Positions 7,599 to 15,220 of a DNA stretch of 15,902 bases are shown here, piece by piece. Source of the DNA: Acidobacteriota bacterium (lineage in GTDB: Bacteria; Acidobacteriota; UBA6911; RPQK01; JADFOI01); NCBI GenBank assembly GCA_036338555.1, contig JAYZBY010000030.1:1-15902 (forward strand), in the 5' to 3' direction. The notes beneath the pieces are model-generated. The model had not been told where the DNA came from, searched no databases, and saw only the letters and a list, made by a program, of their open reading frames with translations. The position numbers and the translations under genes are program-made. Within the stretch, counting starts at the first letter, position 1; each line of letters opens with the position of its first letter.

Positions 7599-9038
7599 AT
7601 GAAAAACGGCAACGGGAAGAGCACCCTCTCGCGGGATGTCTTCAGGATCATCCGCGAAAAGGAGATCCAGTTCGTGGATCTCAAATTTGTTGATCTTCCT
7701 GGAGTGATGCAGCATATGACCTTACCGGCTGAGATTTTCGATGAGAAAATGTTCATCGAGGGTATCGGCTTTGATGGATCTTCCATACGCGGTTTTCAGC
7801 GCATTCATGAAAGCGACATGCTCATCAAACCCGATGCCTCCACCTTGTTCATCGATCCCTTCATGGATGAGCCGACGGTCTCCTTTTTGTGCAATATCAC
7901 GGATCCTCAAACTCAGAAGGGTTATTCCAGGGACGCGCGTGCCGTGGCCCAAAGGGCGGAACTATATCTGGAGAGCAGCGGGATTGCCGACACCGCCTAT
8001 CTGGGTCCGGAGTTGGAGTTTTTTATCTTTGATGATGTGCGCTACAACCAGTCGACCAATGAAGGCTTTTATCATGTTGACTCCGAGGAGGGGGCCTGGA
8101 ATACCGGCCGACAGGAGGGTCCCAATCTGGGCTACAAGCCACGCAACAAGGAGGGCTATTTCCCGGTTCCGCCCATGGATAGCTACCAGAACCTGCGCTC
8201 CAAAATGGTGAGTGTGATGCGTTCCATTGGAGTGGATGCCGAAGCCCACCATCACGAGGTCGCTTCCGGAGGCCAGTCTGAAATCGATATCCATTACAAC
8301 ACCCTGGTCGATGTGGGAGATCAGTCCCTGAAGTATAAGTACGTCGTCAAGAATGTCGCGCGGCGCTTTGGCAAGACGGTGACCTTTATGCCCAAGCCGC
8401 TGTTTCAAGACAACGGGTCAGGGATGCACGTGCATGTGAGTTTGTGGAAGCAGGGCCGCAACCTGTTTTATCAAAGGAACAAGTACGCCGAACTCAGTGA
8501 TTGGGGAGTCTATTTCATTGGAGGTCTGTTGCACCATGCAGCGACACTGTGTGCCTTTTGTGCCCCCACTACCAACTCCTACCGTCGGCTGGTCCCGGGG
8601 TATGAGGCGCCCATTAACCTGATCTATTCGCAGCGCAATCGCAGTGCCTGTGTCCGCATTCCCATGTATTCGGGCAGCGAAAAGGCCAAGCGCGTTGAGT
8701 TCAGAACACCGGATCCTTCGTGCAATCCCTACCTGGCCTTCGCGGCCATTCTGATGGCGGGGATCGACGGCATAGTCAATCGCATCCAACCCCCGCCTCC
8801 AATCGACGAAGACATTTACGAAATGGCAGGGAACGGAGGTCCTGAGATCAAGAGTACGCCAGGTTCGTTGGCTGAATCCATCGATGCCCTGGAAGCCGAC
8901 TTCGATTTTTTGCTGCGGGGCAGTGTCTTTACCGAGGATTTGATCCAGGTGTGGCTGAACTACAAACGTGCAAGGGAAGTGGACTACATTCGTTTGCGCC
9001 CACATCCGGGCGAATTTGCACTTTACTACGATGTATAG
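7599..9038 (+). CDS. glnA: Glutamine synthetase type I (GSI-beta form, with the 25-aa insertion and an adenylylation-loop Tyr).
   Basis: 479 aa. It contains FVDLKFVDLPG, the GSI-beta insertion HVDSEEGAWNTGRQEGPNLGYKPRNKEGYFPVPP, and catalytic motifs KPLFQDNGSGMHVHVSLW and NSYRRLVPGYEAP. A Tyr in EDIYEMAG sits at the adenylylation-site position. It starts 12 nt after the glnK stop. Confidence 0.95.
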   Translation: MKNGNGKSTLSRDVFRIIREKEIQFVDLKFVDLPGVMQHMTLPAEIFDEKMFIEGIGFDGSSIRGFQRIHESDMLIKPDASTLFIDPFMDEPTVSFLCNITDPQTQKGYSRDARAVAQRAELYLESSGIADTAYLGPELEFFIFDDVRYNQSTNEGFYHVDSEEGAWNTGRQEGPNLGYKPRNKEGYFPVPPMDSYQNLRSKMVSVMRSIGVDAEAHHHEVASGGQSEIDIHYNTLVDVGDQSLKYKYVVKNVARRFGKTVTFMPKPLFQDNGSGMHVHVSLWKQGRNLFYQRNKYAELSDWGVYFIGGLLHHAATLCAFCAPTTNSYRRLVPGYEAPINLIYSQRNRSACVRIPMYSGSEKAKRVEFRTPDPSCNPYLAFAAILMAGIDGIVNRIQPPPPIDEDIYEMAGNGGPEIKSTPGSLAESIDALEADFDFLLRGSVFTEDLIQVWLNYKRAREVDYIRLRPHPGEFALYYDV

Positions 9039-9050
9039 GGAGATTTCACC

Positions 9051-10346
9051 ATGACTGAAACGGTAGGCCTGGGTTTAGGGTTTGGGGCGATGGCGATCAT
9101 GCTGATGATTGTTTTCATCAAGGCCAACCTGATCATCTGCCAGCCCAATGAAATCCTGATCATCTCCGGAAGACAGCACCAACTGCCGGATGGAACAGCG
9201 ATTGGATACCGGGTGATCAAGGGTGGGCGGGGTTTCAAGATACCGGTTCTTGAATCAGTCAAGTATCTGTCTCTGACTACCATGCCCATTGAAATCAGAA
9301 TCACCAAGGCACTGGCCAAGGGCATTATCCCTATCGATGTCGATGGCCGTGCCAATGTCAAGATTGCCGGCAGCGAAAAGGATGGCCTGTCCAATGCCAT
9401 CGAGCGGTTCCTGGGGAAAAATGTCAACGAGATTGCCCAGGTGGCCAAAGAAACTATCGAAGGAAACCTGCGCGGAGTGCTGGCGAAGGTGACTCCGGAG
9501 GAGGCTAACTCTCAGCGATTAATACTGGCTGAGAAAGTGGCAGAGCCAGCACGTCAAGATTTGCAGAAGCTTGGTCTGGTACTCGACTTCGTCAAGATCC
9601 AGAACATTTCTGATGATCAGGGCTATCTGAACGCTATCGGAAGGCGTAAGAATGCTGAGGTCATCAAGTACGCGCGAATCGCCGAGGCCACGGCCGAGGC
9701 GGAAGCCAGAAAGGTTGCCGCGGAACAGAAGCGCAAAGGGAGCATTGCCGAGGCAGAGGCTGAAATGGCGATTACCCAAGCTGAAAATAAGTTGAAGGTC
9801 CACCGTGCTGAATTGGCGGCGGAAGCCAATCGGGCGGAACAGAGGGCCCAGGTTGCCGGAGATATTACCCGAGTGGAAGAACAGCAGCGCATGGAAGAAG
9901 GTCGCATAGACCTCAATCGGAAAAGATACCAGGCCGATGTTGTGGTTCCGGCTGAGGCGGAACAGAAAGCAGCCGAATTGCAAGCCTTGGGTGAGGCCGC
10001 CAAAATACTGGAGGATGGCAAGGCCACGGCAGAGGCCATCAGGCTGATGAAGGATCAGTGGCAGGACGGACATACTCGGGACCTCTTTCTGATTCAAATG
10101 CTTCCGGAACTGGTGGACAAGATCACCAGGGTGGTGGCGGATAATCTGCATATCGACAAACTGACGGTTTTGGATTCGGGCAATGGCAACGGCTTGCCGA
10201 CCCACGTCAAGAATCTGACCGGATCCGCCGTCAGCATTTTAGAGGGGCTCAAGACGGCCACCGGTATTGATCTGCCCGCCATTTTGAACGCCAAAGAAAG
10301 TCAACAGAAAACCAACGGGGCTGAGATCCCCAAAGAGTTGATCTGA
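9051..10346 (+). CDS. Flotillin-like SPFH/band-7 domain membrane protein (YqiK/FloT type).
   Basis: 431 aa. It has an N-terminal TM segment (GLGLGFGAMAIMLMIVFI), an SPFH core (ILIISGRQHQL...GYRVIKGGRGFKIPVLESVKYLSLTTMPIEIRIT...IPIDVDGRANVKI), then the flotillin-type Ala/Glu-rich coiled-coil (AEATAEAEARKVAAEQKRKGSIAEAEAEMAITQAENK...). SD GGGAGA lies 7 nt upstream. It starts 12 nt after the glnA stop. Confidence 0.8.
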   Translation: MTETVGLGLGFGAMAIMLMIVFIKANLIICQPNEILIISGRQHQLPDGTAIGYRVIKGGRGFKIPVLESVKYLSLTTMPIEIRITKALAKGIIPIDVDGRANVKIAGSEKDGLSNAIERFLGKNVNEIAQVAKETIEGNLRGVLAKVTPEEANSQRLILAEKVAEPARQDLQKLGLVLDFVKIQNISDDQGYLNAIGRRKNAEVIKYARIAEATAEAEARKVAAEQKRKGSIAEAEAEMAITQAENKLKVHRAELAAEANRAEQRAQVAGDITRVEEQQRMEEGRIDLNRKRYQADVVVPAEAEQKAAELQALGEAAKILEDGKATAEAIRLMKDQWQDGHTRDLFLIQMLPELVDKITRVVADNLHIDKLTVLDSGNGNGLPTHVKNLTGSAVSILEGLKTATGIDLPAILNAKESQQKTNGAEIPKELI

Positions 10347-10837
10347 TGGGTGGTCATAAGCTCGACCAGATCGACTTGCGGATTCTGGAAATTCTACAAG
10401 TGAACGGTCGAGCCAAGCACAGCCAGGTCGCTGAAGAGGTCAAGCTTTCGGTTCCCTCCGTGGGTGAACGAATTCGCAAGCTGGACGAGGGCGGACTGAT
10501 CCGGGGCGTCAATGCCATTCTTGAGACCCGCAAAGTGGGATTGGAGGTCTCCGCCTTTATCTTCCTGATGTCGGAATCCTCCGAACATTACGATGAGATC
10601 ATCAAACGTGCTTCCGGCCTTCGAGAGGTCCTGGAATGTCATGCGGTCACCGGTGAAGGCTCACACCTGTTGAAGATACGGACTCGAAATACTGCTACTC
10701 TGGAACAGCTTCTCTCCGAAATCCAATCCTGGCCCGGTGTGACCAACACGCGGACTAACATCGTGTTATCCAGTCATAAGGAGACCACTGCAGTTCCCCT
10801 GAACTATCTCCTTGAAACCGAGGCGGTAACGGTTTAG
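10346..10837 (+). CDS. Lrp/AsnC-family transcriptional regulator (HTH plus RAM/ACT-like effector domain).
   Basis: 163 aa. LDQIDLRILEILQVNGRAKHSQVAEEVKLSVPSVGERIRKLDEGGLIRGVNA is the AsnC-type HTH. The C-terminal half has the RAM-domain pattern. Its ATG overlaps the flotillin TGA in the form ATGA at 10344-10348. Confidence 0.85.
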   Translation: MGGHKLDQIDLRILEILQVNGRAKHSQVAEEVKLSVPSVGERIRKLDEGGLIRGVNAILETRKVGLEVSAFIFLMSESSEHYDEIIKRASGLREVLECHAVTGEGSHLLKIRTRNTATLEQLLSEIQSWPGVTNTRTNIVLSSHKETTAVPLNYLLETEAVTV

Positions 10838-11074
10838 ATCCGTGTTGACTGGAACTGGCCTCCTGCCCACGGCCTTCGGCCAATACCTTCTTGACATTTG
10901 GTTCGGGAGGATGCTAATCAAAGGGGAAAGATCTACAGGCAATTGAGGGGTTGGAACGCTTGAAGCTAGAACTTCCTCAGCCCGGATTGGCATCATACGG
11001 GTCAGGTTTGTCAACGATGTGTTTCCCGAGCCAATGGAAATGAACAAGTCTCATTTTCTGAAAGGAAAAAAGTC

Positions 11075-12814
11075 ATGATACAAGAAAAAAGCCACCTGGG
11101 GGTATTCTGCTCGGTACTTTTGGTACTGGGCCTTGTGGCTTCCCCGGTCAGGGGAGCCGATCTTCTGGATTCACTCAAACCCGATAAGGTCCTGCTCAAT
11201 GGCAAGATCGTGACGGTTGACGAGGATTTTGGCATAGCCGAGGCCGTGGCCATTAAAGACGGCAAATTCGTGGCCGTCGGGACCAATGCCGAGATCCGAG
11301 AATTGATCGGGGCCAACACCGAAGAGATTGATTTGGAGGGTCGTACCGTGCTTCCGGGTTTCATTGATCCTCACGTGCACTTTGCTCACAAAGTCGGTAA
11401 GCGAAGTGACCGTTACGAAGACATGTTTGCCGAGGCCCGTTCGATCGAACAAATTCGAAGAGCGCTGCAAATGAAAGTGGAGCAGACGCCTCCTGGTGAA
11501 ATCATCTGGTTTTCCCGGGGAGTGAGACGGGCAAGCGAGCTTGCCGAGAGGAGATGGCCCACACGTTATGATCTGGACCCGGTATCTCCCGACCATCCGG
11601 TCATTATGGGTTTTGCTGCGGACCATGTGACGATCGTCAACAGCAAATTGATCGACATGGTGGGTACCATCACCAGGGATACCCCCCAGCCGACCGAGAG
11701 GGGATTTGCGGGGGAGATCATGAAGGATCCCGAGACCGGAGAGCCGACCGGGATCCTGAGGGAGAAGGGAGCCACCACCCTGGCCCGCGGCCCTTTCAAC
11801 CTCTATCCCACTGGGACGCTGGAAGAAAATATTTTGAGGGGTTCCCAGGAGGTGGTGAAGTATGGGATTACCGGCCTTTATGATCCCTGTACCAACATTG
11901 GCAAGGCCATGGACAATCAGCCTGGCCTTCAGGCTTATCAGCGCCTGAGCGCCCAGGGCAAACTGACGGTAAGAATCAACGCCATGATTCGCATGCCGAT
12001 TCGAGTGGAGACCTTGGAACAGAATCTGGCCTTTTTGGACAGTTTTATGTTCGCTCCGGAGTTTCGCAATGACTATTTGCGGGTGGGGACGCTGAAGATC
12101 AGTGTGGACGGTTCCGGAATGCGCGTGCCTCCCGACAAGGTCAAGGCCATTCTCAAAGCCGCTCACAAGGCGGGATGGCAGCTGTTTATCCATCTGGGTG
12201 GAGGGGAATCGTTCGACGTGGTCACCGACTCGCTGGAGGAGGCCTACCGCGAATTCCCGCGTGAGGATGCTCGTCACGTCATCACCCACGCCCGCTTTCC
12301 CTCGGACCGGAATATTGAAACGCTCAAGAAATACGATGTTCTGGTCGAACCTCAGACCGGTAGTCTGATCCGTTCCAGAGATGATGCTGAGAGTCAGGTC
12401 GAGGCCGGAAGATATGGGCCTATTCCCACTCGAACCTACCTGGACAATGGGATTCGTGTCATGACGGGGACGGATCAAAAACCCATCGGACCGCTCAACA
12501 CCATCTGGGCGTCTGTGAACCGCCTGAGACAATCGGGAAAGGTCATCCAGCCGGAGGAGCGCATGACTCTCGAGGAGGCCATCCGTGCCTGCACCATTGT
12601 CCCGGCTTACGCATCCTTTGAAGAAGATGTCAAAGGATCCATCGAACTGGGAAAACTGGCTGATCTGGTGGTCCTGGGTCGGGATATCCTGACCGTTCCC
12701 CAGGAGGAGATCAGAGATATTCCGGTATTGATGACAATGATCGGGGGCAAGTTCGTTTACATCAACCCGAACAAGGATCCCAATCAGAAGGTGGAATATC
12801 CGAACTTTGGCTAA
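11075..12814 (+). CDS. Secreted amidohydrolase-3 family (COG1574/YtcJ-like) metal-dependent hydrolase, paralogue 2.
   Basis: 579 aa. Signal peptide MIQEKSHLGVFCSVLLVLGLVASPVRGAD. The N-domain LNGKIVTVDEDFGIAEAVAIKDGKFVAVG...DLEGRTVLPGFIDPHVHF is about 50% identical to paralogue 1. The C-terminal GKLADLVVLGRD motif is present. SD AAAGGA lies 8 nt upstream. The 453-aa antisense ORF inside it is an artefact. Confidence 0.85.
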   Translation: MIQEKSHLGVFCSVLLVLGLVASPVRGADLLDSLKPDKVLLNGKIVTVDEDFGIAEAVAIKDGKFVAVGTNAEIRELIGANTEEIDLEGRTVLPGFIDPHVHFAHKVGKRSDRYEDMFAEARSIEQIRRALQMKVEQTPPGEIIWFSRGVRRASELAERRWPTRYDLDPVSPDHPVIMGFAADHVTIVNSKLIDMVGTITRDTPQPTERGFAGEIMKDPETGEPTGILREKGATTLARGPFNLYPTGTLEENILRGSQEVVKYGITGLYDPCTNIGKAMDNQPGLQAYQRLSAQGKLTVRINAMIRMPIRVETLEQNLAFLDSFMFAPEFRNDYLRVGTLKISVDGSGMRVPPDKVKAILKAAHKAGWQLFIHLGGGESFDVVTDSLEEAYREFPREDARHVITHARFPSDRNIETLKKYDVLVEPQTGSLIRSRDDAESQVEAGRYGPIPTRTYLDNGIRVMTGTDQKPIGPLNTIWASVNRLRQSGKVIQPEERMTLEEAIRACTIVPAYASFEEDVKGSIELGKLADLVVLGRDILTVPQEEIRDIPVLMTMIGGKFVYINPNKDPNQKVEYPNFG

Positions 12815-12825
12815 ACGGGCAAAAT

Positions 12826-13016
12826 TTCACCACAGAGACACAGAGAAGATTAACTCTTGTCGCTCCTTCAGAGCGAGGTCTGCCAGGTGGGTGTAGGGGC
12901 GCCCGGCCGTGCGCCCACAGCAAGGTCGTGCGGACTTCACCACAAAGACACAAAGAAGAGCACTGATTCAGGGCGAAACGCCCCGAATCAGGCTCTGTCG
13001 CTCCTTCGGAGCGACT
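12826..13016. repeat. Copy B of the same modular intergenic repeat family, with rearranged or partial units.
   Basis: M1 TTCACCACAGAGACACAGAGAAGA at 12826-12849. M3-like CTCTTGTCGCTCCTTCAGAGCGAGG at 12854-12878. M4 GTAGGGGCGCCCGGCCGTGCGCCCACAGCAAGGTCGTGCGG at 12893-12933. A second M1 CTTCACCACAAAGACACAAAGAAGAG at 12935-12960. M2 hairpin CTGATTCAGGGCG-AAA-CGCCCCGAATCAG at 12961-12991. M3 CTCTGTCGCTCC-TTCG-GAGCGAC at 12994-13016, which has a UUCG-type loop. Confidence 0.6.
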
Positions 13017-13035
13017 GGAAACCTATCGCAGGAAG

Positions 13036-13584
13036 ATGATTCACCCAAGGAACTTTACCCAGGCGGTACGGTACACCTTCTCGGTTGTGCTTGCTTTTCT
13101 CGTTCTGTCAGTTTCCCTTCTGGGGCAGGGAAAGGAAAAGCCCTCCATAGGGGTGGCCGACGTATCGGCGGATACCGCACACCCGATCGTGGTTCCCATA
13201 GAGGTGTCCAATCTGGAGGATGTCGTCCGGTTGGAGTTCAAGATTCAATTCCCGTCCAATGTTCTCGATTTTCTCGAAGTGCGGTCGCCCATGTCCCAGG
13301 ACGGGCTGGTCGCTCATGCACATCTTGAGGCCGACGGCGAATCGGGCAATGTTTCGGTTCTATCCATTGAAGTCGAATCAACGGAACCGATCGGAACGGG
13401 ATCACCTGTGGAGATGGTCTTCGATCCCTCGGATGAGATATTCGAGAACCAATTCTTTTTTGTGAGCATCCTGGAGGCTTCTCTGGGAACTGCCGGTGGA
13501 GAAGAGATCGAGGACCTCGATACCAAGGATGGCAATGTCGTTGTCATTATTCCCCTTTTCTCCTGCTTCTTTTTTATGCACTGA
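13036..13584 (+). CDS. Small secreted hypothetical protein with a cohesin-like beta-sandwich signature.
   Basis: 182 aa. Signal peptide MIHPRNFTQAVRYTFSVVLAFLVLSVSLLGQG. The mature part PIVVPIEVSNLEDVVRLEFKIQFPSNVLDFLEV...VSVLSIEVES resembles the cohesin-domain pattern. It has an unusual hydrophobic C-terminus, IIPLFSCFFFMH. The RBS is close to the ATG, and the start is uncertain. Confidence 0.5.
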   Translation: MIHPRNFTQAVRYTFSVVLAFLVLSVSLLGQGKEKPSIGVADVSADTAHPIVVPIEVSNLEDVVRLEFKIQFPSNVLDFLEVRSPMSQDGLVAHAHLEADGESGNVSVLSIEVESTEPIGTGSPVEMVFDPSDEIFENQFFFVSILEASLGTAGGEEIEDLDTKDGNVVVIIPLFSCFFFMH

Positions 13585-13634
13585 AGGAGTGGAAGTGTTT
13601 TCCGGTTCCCCACAGGCCGGGAGGGAGGTTAGAG

Positions 13635-15059
13635 ATGCCCTACCGGGATCTGCGCGAATATCTTGAGGTATTGGAGAAAAAAGGACTACTTTGCCATATA
13701 CAGGCGGAGGTGGATAAGGACTGGGAGATCTCTGCTGTTTGCAGGAACACCTTCCAGAGGATTCCTCAAAACCGTCGTCCTGCACTAATGTTCGACCGCA
13801 TCAAAAACCATTCTATGCCTCTTGTTATAGGGATTCTTGGCGGCTCAAGACGGATCTATGCCACCGCGCTTGAGACCGATATCGAGGGAGTCCTGGACAA
13901 ATGGGAGTCCGGCGCAAAGCGTCCGCTCAAGGCTGAACTGGTCGAAAAAGGGCTGTGTCAGGAAGTGATCCACAATGGGGAGGATGCGGACCTGGAAATG
14001 CTGCCTGCCCCCGTCTGGAGCGTCGCTCATGATCCAAGTCCCTACCATACTTCCCCCCTTGTGATTTCCCGAGATCCGGAGACCAGGATTCAGAATATGG
14101 GAGTCTATCGAGTTCAGGTCAAAGGACCTAGGCGAGGTGGATTGATGATCAACCCTCCTCGCAACATGAACCATCATATTCGCAAGAATGAATCACAGGG
14201 TCAGGCTACCGAAGTGGCTATCGTGTTTGGTACCGACCCCGTGGTGGGACTGACAGCGGTCACTCCTTTCCCCTATGGAGTCGACGAACTCGAAGTGGCC
14301 GGGGGCGTCCGAGGAGAGCCTGTCGAAGTGGTACGTTGCCTCACGGTCGATCTGGAAGTCCCGGCTATGGCCGAGATCGTTGTGGAAGGCAGGGTCCCGT
14401 GTAAGGGGCGGGAGCCGGAAGGGCCGTTTGGTGAATATGGAGGCTACATGGGGACCGCGGGCAATCACCCATTTGTCGAGGTGACCTGTATCACCCACAG
14501 GCCCGATCCCATTTATCAGGCATTTCTCAGCCAGATGCCACCCAGCGAGTCGAGCTGCATTAAAGGCCTGGGGAGGGAGATGGTCATTTACAGGCACCTC
14601 AAGAATAACCTGGGAATTCCCGTAACCGGCGTCCATCTTCCCGAATGCGGTGGATCCACAGGCATTCTGTTGATTTCAATCCGGAAACAAAACCGCTTTC
14701 AGCCCCTCAAGGCGATGATGGGAGCCTGGTCATTGCATGACGTGTTCGGTAAGATGACGATTGTCGTCGACGAAGACATCGATATTCACGACCCTTCGCA
14801 GGTGGAATGGGCGTTGAGCTTCAGGATGCAGCCGGCTGAGGATGTCCATGTCATCAAGGGAACGGACCCGCTGACCCTGGATCCGTCACAACCCCTTCTA
14901 TTTGGTGAGCGAGTGAAACCTACCGAACAGGTCAGTTCAAAAGTGGGCATCGATGCCACCCGAAAACAATCCTATCCCGCCCTGGCCGTGCCTCCCAAAG
15001 AGCATCTGGAAAAGGTAGATGCTCGTTGGGAAAGCTATGGAATCCAGGAAGTTTCTTAG
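13635..15059 (+). CDS. UbiD-family (prFMN-dependent) reversible aromatic/unsaturated-acid decarboxylase.
   Basis: 474 aa, collinear with E. coli UbiD (MPYRDLREYLEVLEKKGLL...PALMFDRIKN...LEVPAMAEIVVEGRV...EGPFGEYGGYMG...KMTIVVDEDIDIHD). SD GGGAGGGAGG lies about 8 nt upstream. No ubiX (prFMN synthase) is in the window. Confidence 0.9.
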   Translation: MPYRDLREYLEVLEKKGLLCHIQAEVDKDWEISAVCRNTFQRIPQNRRPALMFDRIKNHSMPLVIGILGGSRRIYATALETDIEGVLDKWESGAKRPLKAELVEKGLCQEVIHNGEDADLEMLPAPVWSVAHDPSPYHTSPLVISRDPETRIQNMGVYRVQVKGPRRGGLMINPPRNMNHHIRKNESQGQATEVAIVFGTDPVVGLTAVTPFPYGVDELEVAGGVRGEPVEVVRCLTVDLEVPAMAEIVVEGRVPCKGREPEGPFGEYGGYMGTAGNHPFVEVTCITHRPDPIYQAFLSQMPPSESSCIKGLGREMVIYRHLKNNLGIPVTGVHLPECGGSTGILLISIRKQNRFQPLKAMMGAWSLHDVFGKMTIVVDEDIDIHDPSQVEWALSFRMQPAEDVHVIKGTDPLTLDPSQPLLFGERVKPTEQVSSKVGIDATRKQSYPALAVPPKEHLEKVDARWESYGIQEVS

Positions 15060-15220
15060 AAATAGCGCCAGAGCCACCATTTCTCAAAACCAGTCTTGGC
15101 CCCGTAGATCATGCGAGAAGGTCCCCAGGCACGACTCTCAGGGGTGCCGAAGGGGGGCCAGCCGGCAGGATAGACGGTCCGATTGGCGGCGGCGCGACCC
15201 GCGCCGAAAGCGAGCAGTCA
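15056..15220 (-). other. Candidate selenocysteine (UGA) recoding site plus a 54-codon in-frame C-terminal extension of the SQR-like gene.
   Basis: The same frame continues after the TGA as U-LLAFGAGRAAANRTVYPAGWPPFGTPESRAWGPSRMIYGAKTGFEKWWLWRYF, ending at TAA (plus 15056-15058). The extension looks like the SQR family C-terminus (C-x-A-D/F-G ... KTxFEKxxLWK), with the TGA aligned to the catalytic cysteine. The TAA overlaps the UbiD stop by 4 nt. Confidence 0.45.
15190..15206 (-). promoter_or_regulatory. SECIS-like RNA hairpin downstream of the in-frame UGA.
   Basis: The mRNA reads UGA-CUGCUCGCUUU-CGGCGCG-GGU-CGCGCCG. It is a perfect 7-bp GC stem with a G-rich 3-nt apical loop that starts 18 nt after UGA, similar in geometry to the E. 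coli fdhF SECIS. Confidence 0.4.

Noticed and set aside
15218-15220. TGA reassigned as a sense codon genome-wide (translation table 4 or 25) as the explanation for the in-frame TGA in the SQR gene.
   Set aside because: glnK (7584-7586) and the flotillin gene (10344-10346) end on TGA and are followed directly by the next gene's RBS and start codon. TGA is therefore a normal stop in this organism. The nonsense-mutation or pseudogene alternative is not excluded, but it is disfavoured by the SECIS-like hairpin at the correct distance and by the alignment of the TGA with the catalytic Cys.
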